The notes under the pieces: model-generated
What the model saw: only the letters and a program-made list of their open reading frames with translations
Database searches by the model: none
Told to the model about the DNA's origin: nothing
NCBI GenBank assembly: GCA_964016885.1
Contig: OZ024753.1
Span: forward strand, 21,266,001-21,330,000
Source of the DNA: Eledone cirrhosa
Taxonomy: Eukaryota
DNA: 64,000 nt
Direction: 5' to 3'
In this document: positions 37,901 to 53,065 of the stretch, in pieces
Position numbering within the stretch: the stretch's first letter is position 1
How the letters are laid out: each line of letters begins with the position of its first letter
Program-made: the position numbers and the translations under genes

Positions 37901-40900
37901 CAGTTTGAGACCGGTCTTTTAAAACAAGAGACAGTCTATGACTGGGATCTATAGACAAAAGACAATTGAGACTGGTCCATTAAGACAACAGTCAGTTTGA
38001 GACTGGCACATTAAGATGAGAGACAGTCTGTGACTGTGCTATTAATACAAGAGACAGTTTGAAACTGGTCTGTTAAGATGAGAGCCTGTTTGAGACTGGG
38101 CTATTAAGATAAGTGACAGTTTGAGACTGGGCTATTAACACAAGAGACAGTTTGAGACTGAGTTATTAACATAAGAGCCAGTCTGAGACTGGTCTGTTAA
38201 GATAAGAGACAGTTTGATACCGGGTTATTAAGACAAGAGACACTCTGAGACTGGTCTATTAAGGTAGGAGACAGTTTGAGACTGGCTTATTAAGACAAGA
38301 GCCAATTTGAGACTGGGCTATTAAGACAAGAGACAGTTTCTGACTGGTCTATTAAGACAAGAGCCAGTTTGAGACTGGTCTGATAAGACAGTAGAGAGTT
38401 TGAAACTGGTTTATTAAGGCAGGAGGCCGTCTGAGACTGGTATGTTAAAATAAGTCACAGTTGAGACTGGGCTATTAAGACAAGAGACACTTTCAGACTG
38501 GGCTATTAAGACAAGAGACATTTGAGGCTGGACTATTAAGACAAGAGTCAGTTTGAGACTGGTCTGTTAAGTTAAGAGCCAGTTTGAGACTGATCTGTTT
38601 AGATAAGAGCCGGTTTGAGACTGGTCTGTTAACATAAGTGACAGTTTGAGACTGGGCTTTTAACACAAGAGACAGTCTGGGGACTGGGATCTTCAGAAAA
38701 AAGATAGTTTCAGACTGGTCTATTAAGACAAGAGATAGTCTGAGACTGGGTTATAAAGACAAGAGACAGTCTGCGACTAGGCTATGAAAACAAGAGACAG
38801 TCTGAGACTGGGATATTAAGACAATAGACAGTCTGAGACTGGTCTGTTAAAGTATGAGCCAGTTTGAGACTGGGCTTTTCAAATAAGAGACAGTTTGAGA
38901 CTGGTCCATTAAGACAAGGAACAGTCTGAGACTGGGCTATTAATACAAGAGTCAGTTTGAGACTGGTCTTTTAAGACAAGAGAGTGTTTTGATTGGTCTA
39001 TTAAGATAAGAGACAGTTTGACACTGGGTTATTAAGGACAAGAGACAGTCTGAGACTGGTCTATTAAGGTGAGAGACAGCTTGCGACTGGCTTATTAAGA
39101 TGAGAGCCAGATTGAGACTAGTCTGTTAAGACAAGAGACAGTTTGAGACTGGTCTATTAAGACAAGAGACAGTTTGAGACTGGTATATTAAGACAAGAGA
39201 CAGTATGAGACTGGTCTGTTAAGTCAAGAGACAGTTTGCCACTGGTCTATTAAGACAAGAGCCAGCTTGAGACTGATCTGTTAAGACAAGAGGCAGTTTG
39301 AGCCTGGTATGTTAGGACGAGATACAGCCTGACACTGGGCTATTAAGACAGGAGACAGTCTGCGACTGGTCTGTTAAGTCAAGAGACAGTTTGCGACTGT
39401 TCTATTAAGACAAGAGACACATTGGGACTGGGCTATTAAGAAAAGAGACACTTTGAGACTGGGCTATGAAAACAAGAGAAAGTCAGAGAGTGGGTTATTA
39501 AGACAAGAGCCAGTTTGAGACTGGTCTGTTAAGGCAAGTCCCAGAGTGAGACAAGACAGGTCTGTTAAGATAATAGACAATCTTTGACTGGTCTGTTAAA
39601 ACAAGAGACTATCTGAGACTGGTCTGTGAAGATTAGAGCCAGTTTGAGACTGGGCTATTAAGATGAGACAGTTTGAGACTGGGCTATTAAGACAAGAGCG
39701 AGTTTCAGACTGGTCTGTTAAGACAAGAGACAGTTTGAGACTGGGTTATTAAAATAAGAGCCAGTCTGAGACTGGTCTGTTAAGATAACAGACAGTTTGA
39801 GATCGGGTTAGTAAGAAAAGAGACAATCTGAGACTGGGCTATTAAGACAAGAGACAGTTTGCAACTGTTCTATTAAGACAAGAGACACCTTGAGACTGGG
39901 CTATTAAGACAAGAGACAGTCTGAGACTGGGCTATGAGAACAAGAGACAGTCTAAGACTGGGTCTATTAAGGTATGGGACAGTTTGAGTCTGGCTTATTA
40001 AGACAAGAGCCAGTTTGAGACTGGGCTATTAAGATAAGAGATAGTCTGAGACTGGACTATTAAAACAAGAGACAGTTTGAGACTGGTCTGTTAAGACAAG
40101 AGACAGTTTGAGACTGGTCTGTTAAGACAAGAGCCAGATATAGACAAGACATGTCTTTTAAGATAAGAATCAGTTTGAGACTGGGCTATTAAGACAAGAG
40201 CCAGTTTGAGACTGGTATATTAAGACAAGAGACTAAGACAGGTCTGTTAAGATAAGAGATTGTTTGAGACTGGGCTGTTAAGACAAGATACAGTTTGAGA
40301 CTGGTATGTTAAGACAAGATACAGTCTGAGACTGGGCTATTAAGGCAAGAGACACTCTGCGACTGTTCTATTAAGACAAGAGATACTTTGAGACTGGGCT
40401 ATTAAGACTAGAGACACTTTGAGACCAGGCTATTAAGACAAGAGACAGTTTGAGACTGGTCTGTTAAGATAAGATCCAGTTTGAGACTGGGCTATTAAGA
40501 TGAGACAGGTTGAGACTGGGCTATTAAAACAAGAGCCAGTTTCAGACTGGTCTATTAAGATTAGAGACAGTCTGAGACTAGTTAGTTAAAATAAGAGAGA
40601 GTTTGAGACTGGGTTATTCAGATAAGAGACAGTTTGAGGCTGGGTTATTGAGACAAAAGACAGTTTGAGGCTGGTCTGTTAATATAAAAGACAGTTTGAG
40701 ACTGGTATGTGAAGATAAGAATCAGTTTGAGACTGGGCTATTAAGACAAGAGCCAGTTTGAGACTGGTATATTAAGACAAGAGATTGTTTGAGACGGGGC
40801 TGTGAAGAGAAGAGACAGGCTGAGACTAGTCTATGAAAATAACAGACAGTCTGACACTGGTCTATTAAGACAAGAGACAGTCTGAGACTGGTCTATTAAA

Positions 40901-41129
40901 ACAAGAGACAGTCTGAGACTGGTCTGTTAAGATAAGAGCCAGTTTGAGACTGGTCTATTAAGATAAGAGCCTGACTGAGACTGGTCTGTTAAGATAAGAG
41001 ACAGTTTGAGACTTGTCTGTTAAGACATGAGATATTTTGATACTGGTCTATTAAGACAAGAGACTTTGAGATATGGGCTATTAAGACAAGAGGCAGTTTG
41101 AGACTGGGCTAATAAGACAAAAGACAGCT

Positions 41130-44100
41130 TGAGACTGTGCAATTAAGACAACAGTCGGTTATATTAAGAAAATAGATAGTCTGAGACTGGGGTGTTAAAA
41201 TAAGAGACAGTTTGAGACTCGGTTATTAAGACAAGAGCCAGCTTCAGACTGGTCTTTTAAGACAAGAGACAGTTCGAGACTGGTATGTTTAGACAAGAGA
41301 CTGTTTGAAACTGGTCTATTCAGATAAGAGCCAGTTTGAGACTGGGCTTTTAAGACAAGAGACACTTTAAGACTGAGCTATTAAGATAAGAGACAGTTTG
41401 AGACTGGTCTGTTATAATAAGAGACAGTCTGAGACTGGTCTGTTAAAATAAGAGACAGCTTGAGACTGGTTTGTTAAGACAAAATACAGTTTTAGTCTGG
41501 GTTATTAAGACAAGAGCCAGTTTGGGACAGGTCTGTTAAGACAAGACCCAGACTGGGACAGGTATGTTAACATAAGAGACAGTCTGAGACTGGTCTGTTA
41601 AGATAAGAGATTGTATGAGACTGGTCTGTTAAAACAAGAGACAGTTTGAGACTGGTCTTTTAAGATAAGAGCCAGGTTGAGACTGGGCTTTTAAGACAAG
41701 AGACAGTCTGAGACTGGTCTATTAAGACAAGAGACAGTTTGAGACTGGTTTTTTTAAGATAAGACCTGGTTTTTTTAAGATAAGATAGGTCTGAGACTGG
41801 TTTGTTAAAACAAGAGACAATTTGAGATTGGGCTATTGAGACAAGTGACGGTTTGAGACTGGGCTAACAAGACAAAAGACAGTTTGAAAGTGGGTTATTA
41901 AAACAACAGACAGTCTGAGACTAGGCTATTAAGATACAGTCTGAGAGTGGGTTATTAAGACAAGAGTCTGTCTGCGACTCGTCTGTTAAGTCATGAGACA
42001 GTATGAGACTGATCTATTAGAACAAGAGACAGTTTGAGACTGGGCTATAAAGAGAATAAACAGTCTGAGATTGGGTTGTGAAGGCAAGAGATAGTCTGAG
42101 ACTGGGTTATTAAGACAAGAGCCAGTTTGAGACTGGTCTGTTAAGACAGGAGCCAGACTGAGACAAGTCTGTTAAGATAAAAGACAGTCAGAGTCTGGTC
42201 TGTTAAGATAGGAGACTGTCTCAGACTGGTTTGTTAAAACAAGAGACATTTTGAGACTGGTCTGTTAAGATAAGAGACAGTTTCTGGCTACTCTATTAAG
42301 GAAAAGAGCCAGTTTGACACTGGTCTGTTAAGATAAGAGCCAGTTTGAGACTGGGCTTTTAAGACAAGAGACAGTTTGAGACTGTGCAATTAAGACAAGA
42401 AACAGTTTGAGAGTGGGTTATTCAGACAAGAGACAGTTTGAGGCTGGTCTGTTAATATAAGAGACAGTTTGAGACTGGTCTGTTAAGACAAGAGTCAGTT
42501 TGAGACTGGGCTATTAAGACAAGAGCCAGTTTGAGACTGGTCTATTAAGACAAGAGATTGTTTGAGACTGGGCTATTAAGACAAGAGATAGTCTGTGACT
42601 GGTCTGTTAAGTCAAGAGACAGTTTGAGACTGGTCTATTAAGACAAGAGACAGGGCTATTAAGCGAATAAACAATCTGAAACTGGGCTGTGAAGGCAAGA
42701 GACAGTCTGAGACGGGGTTATTAAGACAAGAGCCAGTTTGGGACTGGTCTGTTAAGACAAGACCCAGACTGAGACAGGTCTGTTAACATAAGAGACAGTT
42801 TGAGACTGGTCTGTTAAGATAAGAGACTGTATGAGACTGGTCTGTTAAAACAAGTGACAGTTTGAGACTGGTCCTTTAAGATAAGAGCCAGTTTGAGACT
42901 GGGCTTTTAAGACAATAGACAGTTTGAGACTGTGCAATTAAGACAAGAGACAGTTTGAGATGGGCTATTAAGATAAGATACAGTTTGAGGCTGGTCTGTT
43001 AATATAAGAGACAGTTTGAGACTCGTCTGTTAAGACAAGAGTCAGTTTGAGACTGGTCTATTAAGACAAGCGATTGTTTGAGTCTCGGCTGTTAAGACAA
43101 GAGACAGTCTGAGATTGGCCTATTAAGACAAGAGACAGTCTGAGACTGGTCTATTAAGACAAGAGACAGTGTGAGACTGGTCTATTATAACAAGAGACAG
43201 TCTGAGACTGGTCTGTTAAGATAAGAGACAGTTTGAGACTGGGTTATTATGACAAAAGCCAGTTCAAGACTGATCTATTAAGATATGAGTCTGACTGAGA
43301 CTGGTCTGTTAAGATAAAGACTGGCTGTGACTTGTCTGTTAAGACAAGAGATATTATGAGACTGTTCTATTAAGACAAGAGCCAGTTTGAAACTGGGCTT
43401 TTAAGACAAGAGACAGTCTGAGACTGGTCTATGAAAGCAAGAGACAGTCTGAGACTGGTCTATGAAGACAAGAGACAGTCTGAGACTGGTCTATTAATAC
43501 AAGAGCCAGTATGAGACTGGTCTATTAAGACAAGAGACAGTTTGAGACTAGGCTATAAAGAGAATAAACAGTCTGAGGCTGGGTTGTGAAGGCAAGAGAC
43601 AGTCTGAGACTGGGTTATTAAAACAAGAGCCAGTTTGAGACTGGTCTGTTAAAACAAGAGACAGTTTGAGACTGGTCTGTTAAGATAACAGACAGTTTCT
43701 GACTACTCCATTAAGACAAGCGCCAGTTTGAGACTGTTGTGTTAAGATAAGAGACAGTTTGAGACTGTGCAATTAAGACAAGAAACAGTTTTAGACTGGG
43801 CTATTAAGATAAGAGACAGTTTGAGACTGGGTTATTCAGACAAGAGACAGTTTGAGACTGGGTTATTAAGACAAGAGGCAGTTTGAGGCTGGGCTTTTCA
43901 GACAAGAGCCAGTTTGAGACTGGTCTATTAAGACAAGAGATTGTTTGAGACTGGGCTGTTAAGACAAGAGACAGTCTGAGACTGGGTTATTAAGACAAGA
44001 GCCAGTTTGGGACTGGTCTGTTAAGACAAGACCCAGTCTGAGACTGGTCTGTTAAGATAAGAGACTGTATGAGACTGGTCTGTTAAAACAAGTGACAGTT

Positions 44101-47100
44101 TGAGACTTGTCCTTTAAGATAAGAGCCAGTTTGAGACTGGGCTTTTAAGACAAGAGACAGTTTGAGATTGGTCTATTAAGATAAGAGATTGTTTGAGACT
44201 GGGCTGCTAAGACACGAGACAGTCTGAGATTGTTCTATTAAGACAAGAGACAGTGTGAGACTGGTCTATTATAACAAGAGACAGTCTGAGACTGGTCTGT
44301 TACAACAAGAGACAGCTTGAAACTGGTCTTTTAAGATAAGAGCCAGTTTGAGACTGGGCTTTTAAGACAAGAGACAGTTCAAGACTGTGCAATTAAGACA
44401 AGAGACAGTTTGAGATGGGCTATTAAGATAAGAGACTGTTTGAGGCTGGTCTGTTAATATAAGAAACAGTTTGAGACTGGTCTGTTAAGACAAGAGTCAG
44501 TTTGAGACTGGTCTATTAAGACAAGACATTGTTTGAGACTGGGTTGTTAAGACAAGAGTCACTCTGAGATTAGTCTATTAAGACAAGAGACAGTCTGAGC
44601 CTTGTCTATTAAGACAAGAGACAGTGTGAGACTGGTCTAATATAACAAGAGAAAGTCTGAGACTGGTCTGTTAAGATAAGAGACAGTTTGAGACTGGGTT
44701 ATTATGACAACAGCCAGTTCGAGACTGATCTATAAAGGTAAGAGTCTGACTGAGACTTGTCTGTTAAGACAAGAGATATTATGAGACTGGTCTATTTAGA
44801 CAAGAGCAAGTTTGAGACTGGGCTATTATGACAAGAGCCAGTTTGAAACTGGGCTTTTAAGACAAGAGACAGTCAGAGACTGGTCTATTAAGACAAGAGA
44901 CAGTTTGAGAATGGGCTATTAAGAGAATAAACAGTGTGAGACTGGGTTATTAAGACAAGAGCCAGTTTGAGACTGGTCTGTTAAGATAAGACCCAGACTG
45001 AGACAAGACAGGTCTGTTAAGATAATAGACAGTCTGAGACTGGTCTGTTAAAACAAGAGACAGTTTAAGATTGGGCTATTAAGACAAGTGACGGTTTGGG
45101 ACTGGGCTAATAAGACAAAAGACAGTTTGAAACTGGGTTATTAACACAACAGACAGTCTGAGACTAGGCTATTAAGACAAGAGACAGTTTGAGACTGGTC
45201 TGTTAAGATTAGTGCCAGTTTGAGACTGGGCTATTAAGATGAGACAGTTAGAGACTGTGCAATTAAGATAAGAGTCAGTTTGAGACTGGTCTATTAAGAC
45301 AAGACATTGTTTGAGACTGGGCTGTTAAGACAAGAGTCACTCTGAGATTAGTCTATTAAGACAAGAGACAGTCTGAGACTGGGTTGTGAAGGCAAGAGAC
45401 AGTCTGAGACTGGGTTATTAAGACAAGAGCCAGTTTGAGACTGGTCTGTTAGGACAGGAGCCACACTGAGACAGGTCTGTTAAGATAAGAGACAGTCTGA
45501 GACTGGTCTGTTCAGATAAGAGACTGTCTGAGACTGGTCTGTTAAAACAAGAGACAGTTTGATACTGGTCTGTTAAGATAACAGACAGTTTCTGACTACT
45601 CCATTAAGACAAGAGCCAGTTTGAGACTTCTGTTAAGATAAGAGACAGTTTGAGACTGTGCAATTAAGACAAGAAACAGTTTGAGACTGGGCTATTAAGA
45701 TAAGAGACAGTTTAAGACTGGGTTATTCAGACAAGAGACAGTTTGAGACTGGGTTATTAAGACAAGAGACAGTTTGAGACTGGGCTATTAAGACAAGAGC
45801 CAGTTTGAAACTGGTCTATTAAGACAAGAGATTGTTTGAGACTGGGCTGTTAAGACAAGAGACAATTTGAGACTGGTCTGTTAAGTCAAGAGACAGTTTG
45901 AGACTGGTCTATTAAGACAAGAGACAGGGCTATTAAGCGAATAAACAGTCTGAGACTGGGCTGTGAAGCCAAGAGACATTCTGAGACTGGGTTATTAAGA
46001 CAAGAGCCAGTTTGGGACTGGTCTATTAAGACAAGACCCAGACTGAGACTGGCATGTTAAGATAAGAGACTGTATGAGACTGGTCTGTTAAAACAAGTGA
46101 CAGTTTGAGACTGGGCTTTTAAGACAATAGACAATTTGAGACTGTGCAATTAAGACAAGAGACAGGTTGAGATGGGCTATTAAGATAAGAGACAGTTTGA
46201 GGCTGGTCTGTTAATATAAGAGCCAGTTTGAGACTGGGCTTTTAAGACAAGAGACAGTTCAAGACTGTGCGATTAAGACAAGAGACAGTTTGAGATGGGC
46301 TATTAAGACAAGTGACTGTTTGAGGCTGGTCTGTTAATATAAGAAACAGTTTGAGACTGGTCTGTTAAGACAAGAGTTAGTTTGAGACTGGTCTATTAAG
46401 ACAAGACATTGTTTGAGACTGGGCTGTTAAGACAAGAGTCACTCTGAGACTGGTCTGTTAAGATAAGAGACAGTTTGACACTGGGTTATTATGACAACAG
46501 CCAGTTCGAGACTGATCTATTAAGGTAAGAGTCTGACTGAGACTTGTCTGTTAAGACAAGAGATATTATGAGACTGGTCTATTAAGACAAGAGCCAGTTT
46601 GAGACTGGGCTATTATGACAAGAGCCAGTTTGAATCTGGGCTTTTAAGACAAGAGACAGTTTGAGACTGGGCTATTAAGAGAATAAACAGTCTGAGACTG
46701 GGTTATTAAGACAGTTTGAGACTGGTCTGTTAAGATAAGACCCATACTGAGTCAAGACAGGTCTGTTAAGATAATAGACAGTCTGAGACTGGTCTGTTAA
46801 AACAAGAGACAGTTTGAGACTGGGATATTAAGACAAGAGCCAGTTTCAGACTGGTCTATTAAGATAAGAAACAGTCTGAGACTGGGTTATTAAGACAAGA
46901 GACAGTCTGCGACTGGTCTGTTAAGTCATGAGACAGTTTGAGACTCTTCTGTTAAGATAAGAGACAGTTTGAGACTGTGCAATTAAGACAAGAAACAGTT
47001 TGAGACTGGGCTATTAAGACAAGAGCCAGTTTGAGACTGGTCTATTAAGACAAGAGATTGTTTGAGACTGGGCTGTTAAGACAAGAGACAGTTTGAGACT

Positions 47101-50100
47101 GTGCAATTAAGACAACAGTCGGTTATATTAAGAAAATAGATAGTCTGAGACTGGGCTGTTAAAATAAGAGACAGTTTGAGACTCGGTTATTAAGACAAGA
47201 GCCAGCTTCAGACTGGTCTTTTAAGACAAGAGACAGTTCGAGACTGGTATGTTTAGACAAGAGACAGTTTGAAACTGGTCTATTCAGATAAGAGCCAGTT
47301 TGAGACTGGGCTTTTAAGACAAGAGTCACTTTAAGACTGAGCTATTAAGATAAGAGACAGTTTGAGACTGGTCTGTTATAATAAGAGACAGTCTGAGACT
47401 GGTCTGTTAAAATAAGAGACAGCTTGAGACTGGTTTGTTAAGACAAAATACAGTTTTAGTCTGGGTTATTAAGACAAGAGCCAGTTTGGGACAGGTCTGT
47501 TAAGACAAGACCCAGACTGGGACAGGTATGTTAACATAAGAGACAGTCTGAGACTGGTCTGTTAAGATAAGAGATTGTATGAGACTGGTCTGTTAAAACA
47601 AGAGACAGTTTGAGACTGGTCTTTTAAGATAAGAGCCAGGTTGAGACTGGGCTTTTAAGACAAGAGACAGTCTGAGACTGGTCTATTAAGACAAGAGACA
47701 GTTTGAGACTGGTTTTTTTAAGATAAGACCTGGTTTTTTTAAGATAAGATAGGTCTGAGACTGGTTTGTTAAAACAAGAGACAGTTTGAGATTGGGCTAT
47801 TGAGACAAGTGACGGTTTGAGACTGGGCTAACAAGACAAAAGACAGTTTGAAAGTGGGTTATTAAAACAACAGACAGTCTGAGACTAGGCTATTAAGATA
47901 CAGTCTGAGAGTGGGTTATTAAGACAAGAGTCTGTCTGCGACTGGTCTGTTAAGTCATGAGACAGTATGAGACTGATCTATTAGGACAAGAGACAGTTTG
48001 AGACTGGGCTATAAAGAGAATAAACAGTCTGAGATTGGGTTGTGAAGGCAAGAGATAGTCTGAGACTGGGTTATTAAGACAAGAGCCAGTTTGAGACTGG
48101 TCTGTTAAGACAGGAGCCAGACTGAGACAAGTCTGTTAAGATAAAAGACAGTCAGAGTCTGGTCTGTTAAGATAGGAGACTGTCTCAGACTGGTTTGTTA
48201 AAACAAGAGACATTTTGAGACTGGTCTGTTAAGATAAGAGACAGTTTCTGGCTACTCTATTAACGAAAAGAGCCAGTTTGACACTGGTCTGTTAAGATAA
48301 GAGCCAGTTTGAGACTGGGCTTTTAAGACAAGAGACAGTTTGAGACTGTGCAATTAAGACAAGAAACAGTTTGAGAGTGGGTTATTCAGACAAGAGACAG
48401 TTTGAGGCTGGTCTGTTAATATAAGAGACAGTTTGAGACTGGTCTGTTAAGACAAGAGTCAGTTTGAGACTGGGCTATTAAGACAAGAGCCAGTTTGAGA
48501 CTGGTCTATTAAGACAAGAGATTGTTTGAGACTGGGCTATTAAGACAAGAGACAGTCTGTGACTGGTCTGTTAAGTCAAGAGACAGTTTGAGACTGGTCT
48601 ATTAAGACAAGAGACAGGGCTATTAAGCGAATAAACAATCTGAAACTGGGCTGTGAAGGCAAGAGACAGTCTGAGACGGGGTTATTAAGACAAGAGCCAG
48701 TTTGGGACTGGTCTGTTAAGACAAGACCCAGACTGAGACAGGTCTGTTAACATAAGAGACAGTTTGAGACTGGTCTGTTAAGATAAGAGACTGTATGAGA
48801 CTGGTCTGTTAAAACAAGTGACAGTTTGAGACTGGTCCTTTAAGATAAGAGCCAGTTTGAGACTGGGCTTTTAAGACAATAGACAGTTTGAGACTGTGCA
48901 ATTAAGACAAGAGACAGTTTGAGATGGGCTATTAAGATAAGATACAGTTTGAGGCTGGTCTGTTAATATAAGAGACAGTTTGAGACTCGTCTGTTAAGAC
49001 AAGAGTCAGTTTGAGACTGGTCTATTAAGACAAGCGATTGTTTGAGTCTCGGCTGTTAAGACAAGAGACAGTCTGAGATTGGTCTATTAAGACAAGAGAC
49101 AGTCTGAGACTGGTCTATTAAGACAAGAGACAGTGTGAGACTGGTCTATTATAACAAGAGACAGTCTGAGACTGGTCTGTTAAGATAAGAGACAGTTTGA
49201 GACTGGGTTATTATGACAAAAGCCAGTTCAAGACTGATCTATTAAGATATGAGTCTGACTGAGACTGGTCTGTTAAGATAAAGACTGGCTGTGACTTGTC
49301 TGTTAAGACAAGAGATATTATGAGACTGTTCTATTAAGACAAGAGCCAGTTTGAAACTGGGCTTTTAAGACAAGAGACAGTCTGAGACTGGTCTATGAAA
49401 GCAAGAGACAGTCTGAGACTGGTCTATGAAGACAAGAGACAGTCTGAGACTGGTCTATTAATACAAGAGCCAGTATGAGACTGGTCTATTAAGACAAGAG
49501 ACAGTTTGAGACTAGGCTATAAAGAGAATAAACAGTCTGAGGCTGGGTTGTGAAGGCAAGAGACAGTCTGAGACTGGGTTATTAAAACAAGAGCCAGTTT
49601 GAAACTGGTCTGTTAAAACAAGAGACAGTTTGAGACTGGTCTGTTAAGATAACAGACAGTTTCTGACTACTCCATTAAGACAAGCGCCAGTTTGAGACTG
49701 TTGTGTTAAGATAAGAGACAGTTTGAGACTGTGCAATTAAGACAAGAAACAGTTTTAGACTGGGCTATTAAGATAAGAGACAGTTTGAGACTGGGTTATT
49801 CAGACAAGAGACAGTTTGAGACTGGGTTATTAAGACAAGAGGCAGTTTGAGGCTGGGCTTTTCAGACAAGAGCCAGTTTGAGACTGGTCTATTAAGACAA
49901 GAGATTGTTTGAGACTGGGCTGTTAAGACAAGAGACAGTCTGAGACTGGGTTATTAAGACAAGAGCCAGTTTGGGACTGGTCTGTTAAGACAAGACCCAG
50001 TCTGAGACTGGTCTGTTAAGATAAGAGACTGTATGAGACTGGTCTGTTAAAACAAGTGACAGTTTGAGACTGGTCCTTTAAGATAAGAGCCAGTTTGAGA

Positions 50101-53065
50101 CTGGGCTTTTAAGACAAGAGACAGTTTGAGATTGGTCTATTAAGATAAGAGATTGTTTGAGACTGGGCTGCTAAGACACGAGACAGTCTGAGATTGTTCT
50201 ATTAAGACAAGAGACAGTGTGAGACTGGTCTATTATAACAAGAGACAGTCTGAGACTGGTCTGTTACAACAAGAGACAGCTTGAAACTGGTCTTTTAAGA
50301 TAAGAGCCAGTTTGAGACTGGGCTTTTAAGACAAGAGACAGTTCAAGACTGTGCAATTAAGACAAGAGACAGTTTGAGATGGGCTATTAAGATAAGAGAC
50401 TGTTTGAGGCTGGTCTGTTAATATAAGAAACAGTTTGAGACTGGTCTGTTAAGACAAGAGTCAGTTTGAGACTGGTCTATTAAGACAAGACATTGTTTGA
50501 GACTGGGTTGTTAAGACAAGAGTCACTCTGAGATTAGTCTATTAAGACAAGAGACAGTCTGAGCCTTGTCTATTAAGACAAGAGACAGTGTGAGACTGGT
50601 CTAATATAACAAGAGAAAGTCTGAGACTGGTCTGTTAAGATAAGAGACAGTTTGAGACTGGGTTATTATGACAACAGCCAGTTCGAGACTGATCTATAAA
50701 GGTAAGAGTCTGACTGAGACTTGTCTGTTAAGACAAGAGATATTATGAGACTGGTCTATTTAGACAAGAGCAAGTTTGAGACTGGGCTATTATGACAAGA
50801 GCCATTTTGAAACTGGGCTTTTAAGACAAGAGACAGTCAGAGACTGGTCTATTAAGACAAGAGACAGTTTGAGAATGGGCTATTAAGAGAATAAACAGTG
50901 TGAGACTGGGTTATTAAGACAAGAGCCAGTTTGAGACTGGTCTGTTAAGATAAGACCCAGACTGAGACAAGACAGGTCTGTTAAGATAATAGACAGTCTG
51001 AGACTGGTCTGTTAAAACAAGAGACAGTTTAAGATTGGGCTATTAAGACAAGTGACGGTTTGGGACTGGGCTAATAAGACAAAAGACAGTTTGAAACTGG
51101 GTTATTAACACAACAGACAGTCTGAGACTAGGCTATTAAGACAAGAGACAGTTTGAGACTGGTCTGTTAAGATTAGTGCCAGTTTGAGACTGGGCTATTA
51201 AGATGAGACAGTTAGAGACTGTGCAATTAAGATAAGAGTCAGTTTGAGACTGGTCTATTAAGACAAGACATTGTTTGAGACTGGGCTGTTAAGACAAGAG
51301 TCACTCTGAGATTAGTCTATTAAGACAAGAGACAGTCTGAGACTGGGTTGTGAAGGCAAGAGACAGTCTGAGACTGGGTTATTAAGACAAGAGCCAGTTT
51401 GAGACTGGTCTGTTAAGACAGGAGCCACACTGAGACAGGTCTGTTAAGATAAGAGACAGTCTGAGACTGGTCTGTTCAGATAAGAGACTATCTGAGACTG
51501 GTCTGTTAAAACAAGAGACAGTTTGATACTGGTCTGTTAAGATAACAGACAGTTTCTGACTACTCCATTAAGACAAGAGCCAGTTTGAGACTTCTGTTAA
51601 GATAAGAGACAGTTTGAGACTGTGCAATTAAGACAAGAAACAGTTTGAGACTGGGCTATTAAGATAAGAGACAGTTTAAGACTGGTGTTATTCAGACAAG
51701 AGACAGTTTGAGACTGGGTTATTAAGACAAGAGACAGTTTGAGACTGGGCTATTAAGACAAGAGCCAGTTTGAAACTGGTCTATTAAGACAAGAGATTGT
51801 TTGAGACTGGGCTGTTAAGACAAGAGACAATTTGAGACTGGTCTGTTAAGTCAAGAGACAGTTTGAGACTGGTCTATTAAGACAAGAGACAGGGCTATTA
51901 AGCGAATAAACAGTCTGAGACTGGGCTGTGAAGCCAAGAGACATTCTGAGACTGGGTTATTAAGACAAGAGCCAGTTTGGGACTGGTCTATTAAGACAAG
52001 ACCCAGACTGAGACTGGCATGTTAAGATAAGAGACTGTATGAGACTGGTCTGTTAAAACAAGTGACAGTTTGAGACTGGGCTTTTAAGACAATAGACAAT
52101 TTGAGACTGTGCAATTAAGACAAGAGACAGGTTGAGATGGGCTATTAAGATAAGAGACAGTTTGAGGCTGGTCTGTTAATATAAGAGCCAGTTTGAGACT
52201 GGGCTTTTAAGACAAGAGACAGTTCAAGACTGTGCGATTAAGACAAGAGACAGTTTGAGATGGGCTATTAAGACAATTGACTGTTTGAGGCTGGTCTGTT
52301 AATATAAGAAACAGTTTGAGACTGGTCTGTTAAGACAAGAGTTAGTTTGAGACTGGTCTATTAAGACAAGACATTGTTTGAGACTGGGCTGTTAAGACAA
52401 GAGTCACTCTGAGACTGGTCTGTTAAGATAAGAGACAGTTTGACACTGGGTTATTATGACAACAGCCAGTTCGAGACTGATCTATTAAGGTAAGAGTCTG
52501 ACTGAGACTTGTCTGTTAAGACAAGAGATATTATGAGACTGGTCTATTAAGACAAGAGCCAGTTTGAGACTGGGCTATTATGACAAGAGCCAGTTTGAAT
52601 CTGGGCTTTTAAGACAAGAGACATTTTGAGACTGGGCTATTAAGAGAATAAACAGTCTGAGACTGGGTTATTAAGACAGTTTGAGACTGGTCTGTTAAGA
52701 TAAGACCCATACTGAGTCAAGACAGGTCTGTTAAGATAATAGACAGTCTGATACTGGTCTGTTAAAACAAGAGACAGTTTGAGACTGGGATATTAAGACA
52801 AGAGCCAGTTTCAGACTGGTCTATTAAGATAAGAAACAGTCTGAGACTGGGTTATTAAGACAAGAGACAGTCTGCGACTGGTCTGTTAAGTCATGAGACA
52901 GTTTGAGACTCTTCTGTTAAGATAAGAGACAGTTTGAGACTGTGCAATTAAGACAAGAAACAGTTTGAGACTGGGCTATTAAGACAAGAGCCAGTTTGAG
53001 ACTGGTCTATTAAGACAAGAGATTGTTTGAGACTGGGCTGTTAAGACAAGAGACAGTTTGAGACT
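41130..53065 (+). repeat. Higher-order tandem duplication with 5964-5965-bp offset
   Basis: ATATTAAGAAAATAG at 41161/47125; AAGACCTGGTTTTTTT at 41761/47725; GAATAAACAG...TTAAGACAGTTT at 46681/52646. Confidence 0.92.
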
